Assembly: GCF_023055435.1 (NCBI RefSeq)
Contig: NW_025963890.1
Location: forward strand, 48,112,001 to 48,176,000
Length of the DNA stretch: 64,000 bases
Source of the DNA: Haliotis rufescens
Lineage: Eukaryota
Reading direction: 5' to 3'
Below are positions 50,538-61,856 of this stretch, one piece after another. A model generated the notes under the pieces. That model ran no database searches and was not told the origin of the DNA. It saw nothing but the letters and a program-made list of their open reading frames with translations. Each line of letters opens with the position of its first letter. The first letter of the stretch is position 1. Made by a program: the position numbers and the translations under genes.

Positions 50538-52687
50538 ATAATGATCATCTACAGTGTTCCTCCAACTGGTTTTAGAAATCGATGTTTGTGACCAACCAGA
50601 GATAAGGGTCCTTATGGGTTCTCATTATATTTTAAAACGACAGTATATTACGGACACAGGAACCAAATTCTCAAGCTTCAATTCATATTTGTTAAAAAGA
50701 TGTACGGCATGAAACATTTTGAACTCACTTTCTGCAATGTCCCATTTTTAGACTTGTGATACATTTAATAATTAAAAGTAAACATGTATACTGAAATGTT
50801 TTAAAATGTTTTGATTACATTGTGAGTGAACATGAAAAATGTTATATTTGTTGAATTGAATTGAATTGAACAGGTGAATTTTACAGAAGTAAGTTGAACG
50901 TCTTTCATTATGACGTCGCAACACAATATTGTATCCTGGCACCCCTTAGGTCCTCTATCTCCTGCCGAGTCACTTGTTTTGTTTAGTTTAGTCTTTCTTG
51001 TGACATTGTTATGGTGTGCTGCAGAGATGTGTGACCAGAATAAGGGAGTGCATTAGAAAAAAACTAGAATGTGTTTTACTCAAAAACATATGACTTCCCT
51101 CGCCTTATTTGGATACATTAGTTCCAGTTGTTACTGTAAATCTGTTGTTTCCATGGAAACAAAAAACATAAAATTTAGAAAGATTTGAAAATAGCAAAAG
51201 GCATCAGTGAAGCTGATGAGCAATGCATATGCCAAGTTTCATTGAAATATGTCAGACAGTTTTCAAGTTAAGACCTGGAAACAAACACTACCCTTGTTTG
51301 AGACTAAGTTGAACATGTTTCCATGGAAACATAAGAAAATAAAATTAGGAAATATTTCAAAATAGCAAAAGGCACCAGTTTAACTGATGAGCAATGCATA
51401 TGCCAAGTTTCATTGAAATCTGTTGAAAAGTTTTCAAGTTATGGCTTCATTACAGTGCCTTTATAATATGTGATAATGTCAACACTCTAAATACTTTAGC
51501 ATTTTATCAATGTCATGTCTTCAAGAGATCTGATCTCCCATTTGCCTGTATATACATCTACTGAGATAATGTCTACTGATAATGTCTACTGTGATAATGT
51601 GCACACTCTAAATATTTAATTTTATAAAACATGAACGCCAGAGAAGAAACAGTCTTGATTATCCACCAAAACAGATTCCATTGGGCGTAAAAGGCAAAAT
51701 ACCGGGTAGTGGTAAAAATGAATCATTTGGGAAAATGGATCACTGGGGAAAATGAATCACTGGGGAAAATGGATCACTGGGGAAAATGGATCACTGAACA
51801 TCAGTGATGGCATCAGGTGTTCCTGACAAGGTAAGCCTGTCCTGCTCTACTGGTAGCACCCGCCATTCACACAATTTACATAAAAAAGTAAATATTTGTT
51901 GCCTGATGCCGGCAAGGAGTCATCCTGTCATGTGGCAGCAACCTAAAAACAAACAAGACAATCAACTGATCAATAGACCAGAAAATATAGTGACACGATA
52001 GCACCTTTCTTGTTTATTAACTAAAATTGATGTTAATTTTGAATTACGTCTGATGTGTTACAAGTGCAGAGATTCCAGCAATATATCAATGTCATTTTTT
52101 CAAGAGCAGGAGATGTGATCTTTAATCTGCCTGTATGTACATCTGGTCCATGTGTTACAATATTGTCAGATAAACTTTCTTATTCCTGAACAGAGGCATC
52201 ATTGTCCATCTGAACAGTGAATGACCGATACGGAGAACGCTGTGCAGTGTGCTGTGCCAGGAATCTGCTGTGTGCATGTTGTATGTAATACCCACATGTG
52301 CAGTATTTTGTGATCATTAAAAATTCAATGTCAAATGCATTTGTATTCATGATCTTGTTGGTTCAAATCAGCATCATATATTGCAATAGAGTAATGTGAA
52401 ACCACCCTGTGTATGCCTTTGTGTTTTAGAGCTATCTTTGTGGGGCTTTTTCCACCTGAAATAGTTTTGTAATCTTTTACATTGTTCTTGTTCATGTGTA
52501 TATATATATTCAAGTCAATTGTGGTTTAATATTTTGTTCACATTGAGCTTGATATAACTTTAACTTTATGAACTATTTTTGTTTTTGTAACATATTTATG
52601 ATTTATGGAAAGTACAATTATATATCTTATGAAAATTACTTCTGTGATTTCTAAGTGAGTGGCGTGTAAACCGTGACTTCAAACAGA

Positions 52688-52853
52688 GTGAGTGAGTGTG
52701 TATGGTTTTACGCCGCTTTTAGCATTATTCCAGCAATATCATGGCAGGTGACACCGGGAATGGGCTTCACACATTGTACCCATGTCGGGAATCGAACCCG
52801 GGTCTTCGGCGTGACAAGCGAACGCTTTAACCACTAGGTTACCCGACTGCCTC
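52688..52853 (-). mobile_element. SINE family A
   Basis: TSD gacttcaaacaga. Confidence 0.85.
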
Positions 52854-53105
52854 CGACTTCAAACAGAAGAAACACCAATGCCGTTAGATGATGACATGCA
52901 GTCAGCCACATCATAGAGCTCATCTGACAAACCAAAGCATTGTCCAGCATGCAACAAACGAGGGGGAATCCATCGTAGTATTTCTTCTTTGTTTAATGAT
53001 GCATTCAGCAATATTCCAGATGTCACTGCAGCCTTAATCTATCACACAGTCCCTTGACCATATTATTTTCCAGCCCTTACTGAAATGCCATAGCCCTAAA
53101 CAAAG

Positions 53106-53533
53106 TGTAGCAGGGCGTGGAGTCATCCTACAGATGACATCCTTACCTTGTCAGCTTGCTGACAGGGTTAACCTCTTTGCTCATGTGGACAAGACGTTCG
53201 ACCTCGGATCAGAAGGTCCATGGTTCAAATCCCATCACGGACTCGAAAATTTTGTTGGCCGCTACATTGGCGCCCAACGTGGGGCTGAGCACGTTCATAT
53301 TATATTTGAGCAAAATAAGCCTCAGTACCCTACAATGCGGCCCGGGGCGTGCCTTCTGTTGACGGGGGAGTATGTAGCAGGGCGTGGAGTCATCCTACAG
53401 ATGACATCCTTACCTTGTCAGCTTGCTGACGGGGGTAACCTCTTTGGTCATATGGACAAGGTGTCTGGCCTCGGATCAGAAGGTCTGTGGTTCGAATCCA
53501 ATCACAGGACTCGGAAATTTTATCGCCGCTACA
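53106..53533 (+). mobile_element. Miniature non-autonomous LTR retrotransposon (TRIM) with tRNA-derived LTRs
   Basis: Two 161-bp LTRs, TGTAGC...GCTACA (53106-53266, 53373-53533). PBS TGGCGCCCAACGTGGGGC at 53268-53285 (tRNA-Lys CTT 3' end). PPT GGGGGAG at 53364-53370. 4-bp TSD AAAG. Each LTR contains a tRNA-Arg(TCG)-like sequence. Confidence 0.9.
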
Positions 53534-54466
53534 AAAGCAAGTCTACATGTTCCACAGGTTCATCTCACTGGCACTCCTTTTCAATTTAAATGTAGCTGAT
53601 TGGTATTAGCATATATTTTCAGAGACTAAGTGTGAGTCTACTGCAGCCTGTAAGTAATTGAGTCTGTCCAGACATTAATATCATGAGCATCAATCCACAC
53701 AATTGGGATCGATGACATGCATCAACCAAGTCAGCGAGTCTGACCACTCGATCCCGTTAGTCGCCTCTTACGACAAGCATGGGTTGCTGAAGACCTATGA
53801 TCCAGTCTGTGAAGATCCGGGGTAGAATAGGGCTTCAACAACTCATGTTTGCTGTAAAAGGTGACTATGCTTGTCGTAAGAAACTAACGGGATCGGGTGG
53901 TTAGGTTCGCTGACTTGGTTGATACATGTCAATGTATCCCAATTGTGTAGATCGATGCTCATGATATTAACCACTGGATTGTCTGGACATGATTATTTAC
54001 AGACTGCCATCTTATAGCTGGAATATTGCTGAGTGCAGTGTTAAACAACAAAACAAACTGTCCTGAGACCCCCTTTTATACATGACAAGTCCTATATGAC
54101 AAGCATAGGTTACTAGGCACCTATTCTCCCCTCGGGACCTAGGACAACAAACAGCGACTATTCCGAGTCGCATTAATATTGAGTTGCATTTTTTGCTAGG
54201 GGTCAGTAGTCACATTTATTTGGAGACGCATTAATTTCAAGATTTACAGTAGACATTTCTTATTTTATTTACATTGTAATAAAGAATGTTATGCATGCAC
54301 ACACCAAACCAGATACAGATCTGTACCACATCTTGGCCACCTGTTGGCTAAAAGTGCTGAGCTTGCTGTGCAAACCACCACCAGAGTCAGATCAGACCCT
54401 GGATTCCCTCCCAGGTAATAACAATACCTTCACAGTGTAGTATTTATACCAGCAACAAACAAGAAA

Positions 54467-54818
54467 AGGTGAGGTGAAATTGGGTTTAACGTCGCGTCCA
54501 AGATAATTGCACTTATATAGCGACGTGCATGTACGTGTGTGTTTGTGTGGCTGCTTGTACTAGTCCGGACTGATGCCGATTTATAGTACTAGCCCACTGA
54601 GATACCATGCCACAGTTTAACATGAATATCCCACTCAGACACAGTATACTGACTCCGAGCCAACCAGTCCTTGTTTTAGCCCCTTAATGCCGAGCGCCAG
54701 ACAGGGTAACAACAAGTACCATCTTTAAACGTCTTTTGGTATGACGCGGCCGGGGATCGAACCCCGGACCTTCCGCTCACCAGGCGGACGCTCTACCACT
54801 AGTCCACGGAGGCGGTCT
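54467..54818 (-). mobile_element. SINE family D
   Basis: Full length; TSD caaacaagaaaag. Confidence 0.8.
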
Positions 54819-55009
54819 CACAAACAAGAAAAGAAATTGTTCATGATATTTTATTAAACGAACAAACATTTAAATAAAATAATCATTTTGTAAAAGCCTG
54901 CATAAAACATGCCATACGTATAGATCATAACATAACTGACAATGCACACACATAAAATTGTTTCAATTTAAATCGAAAAGGACAAAGTGAGTCCTGACCA
55001 AACATCTAC

Positions 55010-55232
55010 TCCGGGATCATTCAAACTATCACACACTGTCCAACTGTCTAAATCTCAACTAGAGTCCCTGATCATTCAAACTATCACACACTGTTCAGCT
55101 GTCTAAATCTCAGCTAGAGTCCCGGATCATTCAAACTATCACAAACTGTTCAGCTGTCTAAATCTCAGCTAGAGTCCCGGATCATTCAAACTATCACACA
55201 CTGTTCAGCTGTCTAAATCTCAACTAGAGTCT
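55010..55232. repeat. About 56-bp tandem repeat in the TCEANC2 3' UTR region
   Basis: Four copies of GATCATTCAAACTATCACACACTG... Confidence 0.85.
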
Positions 55233-55464
55233 ATCTTCACCAACAACAGCTACACCGGCACCATCAGTGTTACTCTCTGCTACACCCAGCCTTAGCATGT
55301 AATGGAGACCCAGATGTGTCGCTGTTGTAGATAAACCATGCATAACCCAGCTGAACACCACTGTACTTCTTTCTCGCTCCGGGCAATTATTCCACGCTAA
55401 CACCTATACACACAAATTTGTTTCTGACAGGGAATCCTCACATGCTTAATCCACACACACCATA

Positions 55465-58400
55465 TCATTTCTGAAATGTCTTCACAAATTCTTCAACAGG
55501 CATTTCTCTGGCTTTAACTTTGTTTTTCACCTCTTCTTTATTCCTGAGAGTGAAGACTACCGTGCGCATTGTCCTTCGGTAGTGGACATTAATCAGCCTC
55601 TTGCTCACATAGAACACTTCTCTCTCTATTGCCTCAGGAAGACTGTGGGACAGCTGAGAATCAATCAGAATGACATATTTAACATATCTCACAAGCTGCA
55701 ATCCTAATTCTAAAATGCTTCCCTAAAAGATCAAAGGCGCTGACTGTACTTCATCCTGCGATAAAGTACACTTTGTGGGTTACGTTATAATAGACCCGCA
55801 ACCAACGTCATGGCACTGTTCAAACTACCTCCCCCATGATCTAACGTATCCTTGGTAACATCGTTCTTTCATTACTGAGAGGCAAGATGGCACATCGACA
55901 TCAAATTTCGGAGAAATAGTTTGTTTAAACTCGTCAAATATTTTAATATTATTTCCTGGAGAGAATTAAGGGCAATATCATAAACAGGACCCATAATGCG
56001 GTGTCCTGAGATCTTGTTTAGAAGTAGTGAGAGTGAAGATCTGATTTTAATGAGATTGATACTCTAAGCATGTGATGATGCTGAAGATGTTTGTTGTTTA
56101 ACGCCGCACTCAGCAATATTCCAGCTATATGATGGCAGTCTGTAAATAATCAAGTCTGGATCAAACAATCCAGTGATTGACATCAGGAGCATCTGAGCAC
56201 AATCAGTTACCTCTAGAGAAAGGGCGTCTGCGATGAAACGTTTTCCTGATGCTCTCATTTTTTCTGTCTTTGCATCACATTTCACTTCAATTTGTGGCCG
56301 ATCAAGATGATCCTTGAAGTGACGCCTCCACTTGAGGTACACCCGTCGCGCTTCACTCGAAACTTGGTTATCTTCATGTTTGCGGAATCGATTTACAACT
56401 TTTCCTTGAAAAGTAAGAACAAACAGAAAAATAATTGATATACAACAATAATAACACAAAATTGACCGCTCAAAATCGTTTCCGCTAGATAGTTTGATAA
56501 AACAAAGTCATTTGTCCCTGACCTCATTTATGCAGACAATACATATAATGACAAAAAGAACAAGCTTCAATCAAATGGTTAAAAACATTGATATTTCATC
56601 TATTTCCGCAAGATAGTTTGAAAGGTTTAGCAAAGTGTTACAAACAAATGCTTGAATAGTTTGATTGGTTTAGCAAAATGCTAAAGACAAATGCTTGAAT
56701 AAAAACATTGATATTTCATCTATTTTGGTAGACAACAAACTAGATCCTCACCTATTTTGGAGGACAACAAGACTAGATCCTCACCTATTTTGGAGGACAA
56801 CACGACTAGATCCTCACCTATTTTGGAGGACAACACGACTAGATCCTCACCTATTTTGGAGGACAACACGACTAGATCCTCACCTATTTTGGTAGACAAC
56901 AGGACTAGATCCTCACCTATTTTGGTAGACAACACGACTAGATCCTCACCTATTTTGGTAGACAACATGACTAGATCCTCACCTATTTTGGTAGACAACA
57001 GGACTAGATCCTCACCTATTTTGGTAGACAACAGGACTAGATCCTCACCTATTTTGGTAGACAACAGGACTAGATCCTAACGTATTTTGGTAGACAACAG
57101 GACTAGATCCTCACCTATTTTGGTAGACAACAGGACTAGATCCTCACCTATTTTGGTAGACAACAGGACTAGATCCTAACGTATTTTGGTAGACAACATG
57201 ACTAGATCCTCACCTATTTTGGTAGACAACATGACTAGATCCTCACCTATTTTGGTAGACAACATGACTAGATCCTCACCTATTTTGGTAGACAACATGA
57301 CTAGATCCTCACCTATTTTGGTAGACAACATGACTAGATCCTCACCTATTTTGGTAGACAACAGGACTAGATCCTCACCTATTTTGGTAGACAACAGGAC
57401 TAGATCCTCACCTATTTTGGTAGACAACAGGACTAGATCCTCACCTATTTTGGTAGACAACACGACTAGATCCTCACCTATTTTGGTAGACAACATGACT
57501 AGATCCTCACCTATTTTGGTAGACAACAGGACTAGATCCTCACCTATTTTGGTAGACAACATGACTAGATCCTCACCTATTTTGGTAGACAACAAGACGT
57601 GTCTAGGGGGTATCTTCTTCCCAAGTTCCTTCAAACAGTCCACAAGAACATCCTTTGACTGATTTTCTAGTTTCAGCTTGTTCTTGAGACGCTGGATTTC
57701 CTCGATGACCACGACCCCCTGGAACAACAACAGGTTCAAGATGCAATAACTTGTCATGGTTTTCAACACTATTTGATTTGGTTGGACTGCTGGTTAAAAT
57801 TGATGGTGCATTATGACACTTTCTGCCAAAATATGAGAAGCTTATTTCATATCAAGATGTGTCTTGATCATCACTTGACATGTGTCAAAATTAAAATGAT
57901 ATAAACATATACGTTATATGAAAATATATTGTTAAATACTACTTTCGAATAGTACATGCATTTGCATGAGTGATACGAAGCTATTGTTGATATACCGACA
58001 CTCGGAATCCTCAGCCCGATAAGTGTTGAGATTTCATCATATTGAAACAATAAAGTGTAATACAGGAACATAGATGATAAATAACTGTACTTATCCACTC
58101 AGTAATGCCGAGTTGTTGTCGACACAGGCACTACAGACATCTACCCCATTCTAGAGAAAATGTGAAGAAAAAACCCATTCACAATCACAAGGTCTCAAAT
58201 ACGTTCTCGTCATCTCGAGACAGACTTCTACCTTTCATTAGCTCCACAAAATATAGCTCATGTGTAGCATCTATTATTCACGTGTAATCAATTGTATGCT
58301 GTGAATTTGGGGCCATGGCCTACATTCTTGCGAAATACACTACATATTAGTCCAGTGCTATATATGTCTAACGAGGCTAATGGCTTTGTTCGGTTTGTCT

Positions 58401-58553
58401 CATTCTCAAGATGCATAAGGTGATGTGTTAGTGTGACTCGATCGTTTCCGTTTTCACCTGCAAAGATTCAATTGTCGCCTGTCTAAACTGTTTTTTCTTC
58501 CCTGGGGAAGATTGTCCACCCTGTTTTCTCGTTCTGGTCACAAATTTGTCCAT
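55465..58553 (-). CDS. TCEANC2: Transcription elongation factor A N-terminal and central domain-containing protein 2 (206 aa)
   Basis: Exons 58553-58458, 57718-57577, 56404-56211, 55653-55465. MDKFV...[53 protein letters not shown]...[12 protein letters not shown] all match TCEANC2. Confidence 0.93.
56714..57598. repeat. 33-bp tandem repeat spanning the TCEANC2 exon 2 donor
   Basis: About 27 copies of TTGTCTACCAAAATAG|GTGAGGATCTAGTCVTG (minus strand). Confidence 0.95.
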
Positions 58554-58599
58554 TATGAAAACAGGTCAATTTTATAAGTTGACTTGTCAGTTGCAACTG

Positions 58600-58800
58600 T
58601 AGCTTTGTTTACTGAGGGGAGGGAACTCCGGTTAACAACTTTTAAACCGGTATCCTGTCCTTCTGGCGACTGCACTGTACTGCGGCGATGGGCGCATGCG
58701 CTCTAGGCCATGCAAACCAGTCTATATCTATTTCGGAGTACTTCGGGTAATTTCGGGATTACCGAGTATTTTCAAAAGAGGGTTACCTCCCTTTCACCGC
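58600..58800 (-). promoter_or_regulatory. TCEANC2 promoter region with NRF1-type site
   Basis: GCGCATGCGC at 58692-58701, about 140 bp upstream of the ATG, in a CpG-containing patch. Confidence 0.55.
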
Positions 58801-59089
58801 TGGCCACTGCTGCGACTCTTTGAGGTGCAATAGATTTGTCTTTTTCTTAGCCATACGGTCGATGGTCATATTACAATTGCATATTGAATGAAATAAATTT
58901 GAATATAAAACATGATTCTTTGAGTGATCCTTGGCTCAGATGTGCGTTCTTTTCCACATCGATCTTGTATAAAATTGTTTATGAATGGAATTTTACAACA
59001 GATCAAACGATAAGAATGTGGGAAAGAAAATCATTCTTTCTAAATATAATTCGACGTGTGAATTTTGTTATGGACCAAGAGCTATAACA

Positions 59090-60092
59090 AACATTAGGAA
59101 ACTTAAACTTTTAGGGTGGGTGTTTTGTACGGCCTATATCTTTTTTAACTATGCACCCTAGCTTCACCAAACCTGCTACACACATTAACCACAATGAGTA
59201 CTTGTGTCTTTGCTAGTTTGAAGATTCTGAACTTTTTAATTTTTGCCATTTCCATGGAAACATTAGAAACTTAAACTTTTAGTGTGGGTGTTTTGTACGG
59301 CCCATATCTTTTTAACTATGTATCCTAGCTTCATCAAGCTTGCTACACACATTTACCACAATGAGTACTTGTGCCTTTTGCTAGTTTGAAGATTCTTAAT
59401 TTTTTTATTTTTGCCGTTTCAATAGAATCATGGTGTAACATAAATTTTGGGTAGAGTTTTTGTACGATCCATGTTTACAATATTATGTATCCTAGCTTCA
59501 GCAAACTTGCTACATTAACCAATATGATTGTTGTTTTTTTATCTTTTATAAGATTCTGAAAGTTTTCTCTTTTGCTTTTTTCATGGAAACATGATGGAAT
59601 TTAGAAATTTTGATGACTGGTTTTGTATAGCTAATATATGTTCCAAAATTGTTTCCACTCATGTAGATCATCATAAGTATCTGTGCTTTGTGTTACTTTG
59701 AATTTATGAATTTTTTACCATATCTGTTAAGGCTAGATGGAAATTATTAATTTATTGATTTTCTTATATGATATTGTTCCATTTTTTATGTGTTTTTATA
59801 TCAACAATTTTTGGTCCTTTTGATAATTCTTCTTATGTAACTCCTCAATCAAATTTTATTCAAAGGTGTTCATGGTGATCACCTTCCTCGTAGTGAACAC
59901 TGGTAACATGGGAGATTTGGGGGGGGGGGGGGTCAATTGTCACTGGTACTCAATCTTAGTTTTTTAAACATTGAAGTTAAAATCAGTTAGAAATATGTAA
60001 TATTTCATTAATTAATAAACTATTTACTATTTGTTGTTGACCAGCGGGGGGATAACGGGGTATGTGAGCTTTGCTCACTTCTTTCTTGTTTT
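59090..60092 (-). mobile_element. HINE-like element with about 170-bp core repeats
   Basis: Three to four diverging about 170-bp units and a terminal gtgagctttgctcac hairpin followed by tcttgttt. Confidence 0.45.
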
Positions 60093-60279
60093 GTTTGCAC
60101 CCAGTGTCCATGGTTTTAAATAGATACATAAGGATCCGTTGCTGAGAGACACAAAAGAATGTGATTCAGCATCACCATCTGATACCCCCAACCCCAGCCT
60201 TGAGTGCCAATACTTTTTTGTGATATGAAAATATTTGAAACAGTCTAGGGGTCTACAAAATATTCTTTCCATAATTGTT

Positions 60280-60551
60280 GGTTGGTTGGTTGGTTGGTTT
60301 GTTGTTGAACGCTGCACTCAGCAATATTCCAGCTATATGACGGCGGTCTGTAATAATCGAGTCTGGACCAGACAATCCAGTGATTGACATCATGAGCATC
60401 GATCCATGCAATTGGCATCGATGACATGCATCAACCAAGTCAGCAAGCCTGACCACCCGATCCTGTTAGTTGCCTTTTACGACAAGCAGTCACCTTTTAC
60501 GGCAAGCATGGGTTGCTGAAGACCTATTCTACCCCGGAATCTTCACGGGTC
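60280..60551 (-). mobile_element. Retroposon family B, full length
   Basis: TSD ccataattgtt; 5' end GACCCGTGAAG. Confidence 0.85.
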
Positions 60552-61138
60552 CCATAATTGTTAGAAAACTTGGTATGGGTGCTGTGATTTTATCGGTGAG
60601 TGTAGGTATCATGGTGGGTTAATGTGAGGTGTGGCAGGTATATGAAAATGTTCCAGCTATGGCCTCTATGTACATACTGAGTGTGTTATGGTATAGAAAG
60701 GACAAAGTGTTTCAGTCTCCATCTATTCACTTAATCCATATCCTGACTGCCAAAACACCTTAAAATATTCCAGAGTTAATTGAGTGTGGCCGCTAGTCTG
60801 GAATCAGAAGCTTAATGAGCTACACCAGTGGGGCCCTAATGAATTCCTGACTAATTATCAAACACCAGATTAACTAACAATATCTCATTTGCATCCAGGC
60901 ATGACCTGCTGACCCTTGCCAAACGTTTTTTGAAGTCTCAAATCAACTGTGACCACTCATTATTGAATCCTTCATGCATGAATAACTTGTTAATCATGCG
61001 TTTCTCAAATTGCAACGATTACATACCCTCGGTTAGCCATAAATCACTGTATAGTGGTATTGGCAACTTGACATTTTTAAAAATATAGAATAGCATTCTA
61101 ATGCCTTCACTTTTTTAAAAATGATTTAAGATAGGAAT

Positions 61139-61302
61139 GTGTGTGTGGGTATGGTTTTATGCCGCTTTTAGCAATATTCCAGCAATATCACAGCTGGGGA
61201 CACCAGAAATGGGCTTCACACATTGTATCCACTTCGGGAATCGAACCTGGGTCTTCGGCATGATGAGCTGACGCTTTAACTACTAGGCTACCCGACCGCC
61301 CC
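61139..61302 (-). mobile_element. SINE family A
   Basis: Full-length diverged copy. Confidence 0.8.
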
Positions 61303-61407
61303 TTTAGATAGGAAATATTCCAATGTGGAAATAACCATTTTATGTACGAGTACAATTTAAACAAACCTCTCATTCATCTGATAACTCTAACACTGTTCAG
61401 CCCCTGT

Positions 61408-61700
61408 GGTGAGGTGAAATGGGGTTAACCTCGTGTTCAAGGTTATTGTACTCACATGGTGACGTACATGCAAATGTGTGTGTGTGTAGCTGCTTGTACT
61501 AGTCTGGAATAATGCTGATTTTATAGTGCTAGCCCACTGAGATACCATGCCAGTTTTTCACATGAATACCCCACTAAGACACAGTATACGGATACTGAGC
61601 CGACCAGTCCTTGTTTTAGCCCCTTAATGCCGGGTAACAACAAGTACCATATCTTAATGTCCTTCTGCACTCTGGGCAGACGCTCTACCAAAAGACCTCA
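61408..61700 (-). mobile_element. SINE family D, internally deleted
   Basis: Homologous to 54467-54818. Confidence 0.7.
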
Positions 61701-61856
61701 GAGCAGTCTCAGCCCCTCTGTAACGATCAACCAGTCCAAACAAAAAAATAGCACACACAAATTTCAAAGCAACATTTTTAAATATCTGAAATATACCACA
61801 GTAACAATACATTAAATTGAATGGCTACATACTCATAGGATTCCTGTCCTTTTTTT

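Noticed and set aside
51800-52232. Possible small exons (donor at 51830, acceptor at 52193) as an alternative kinase 3' end
   Set aside because: No recognisable homology; 43267-43339 already supplies the conserved C-terminal strand.
1-57598. CRISPR-like arrays
   Set aside because: All arrays are head-to-tail without unique spacers; eukaryotic context and no cas genes.
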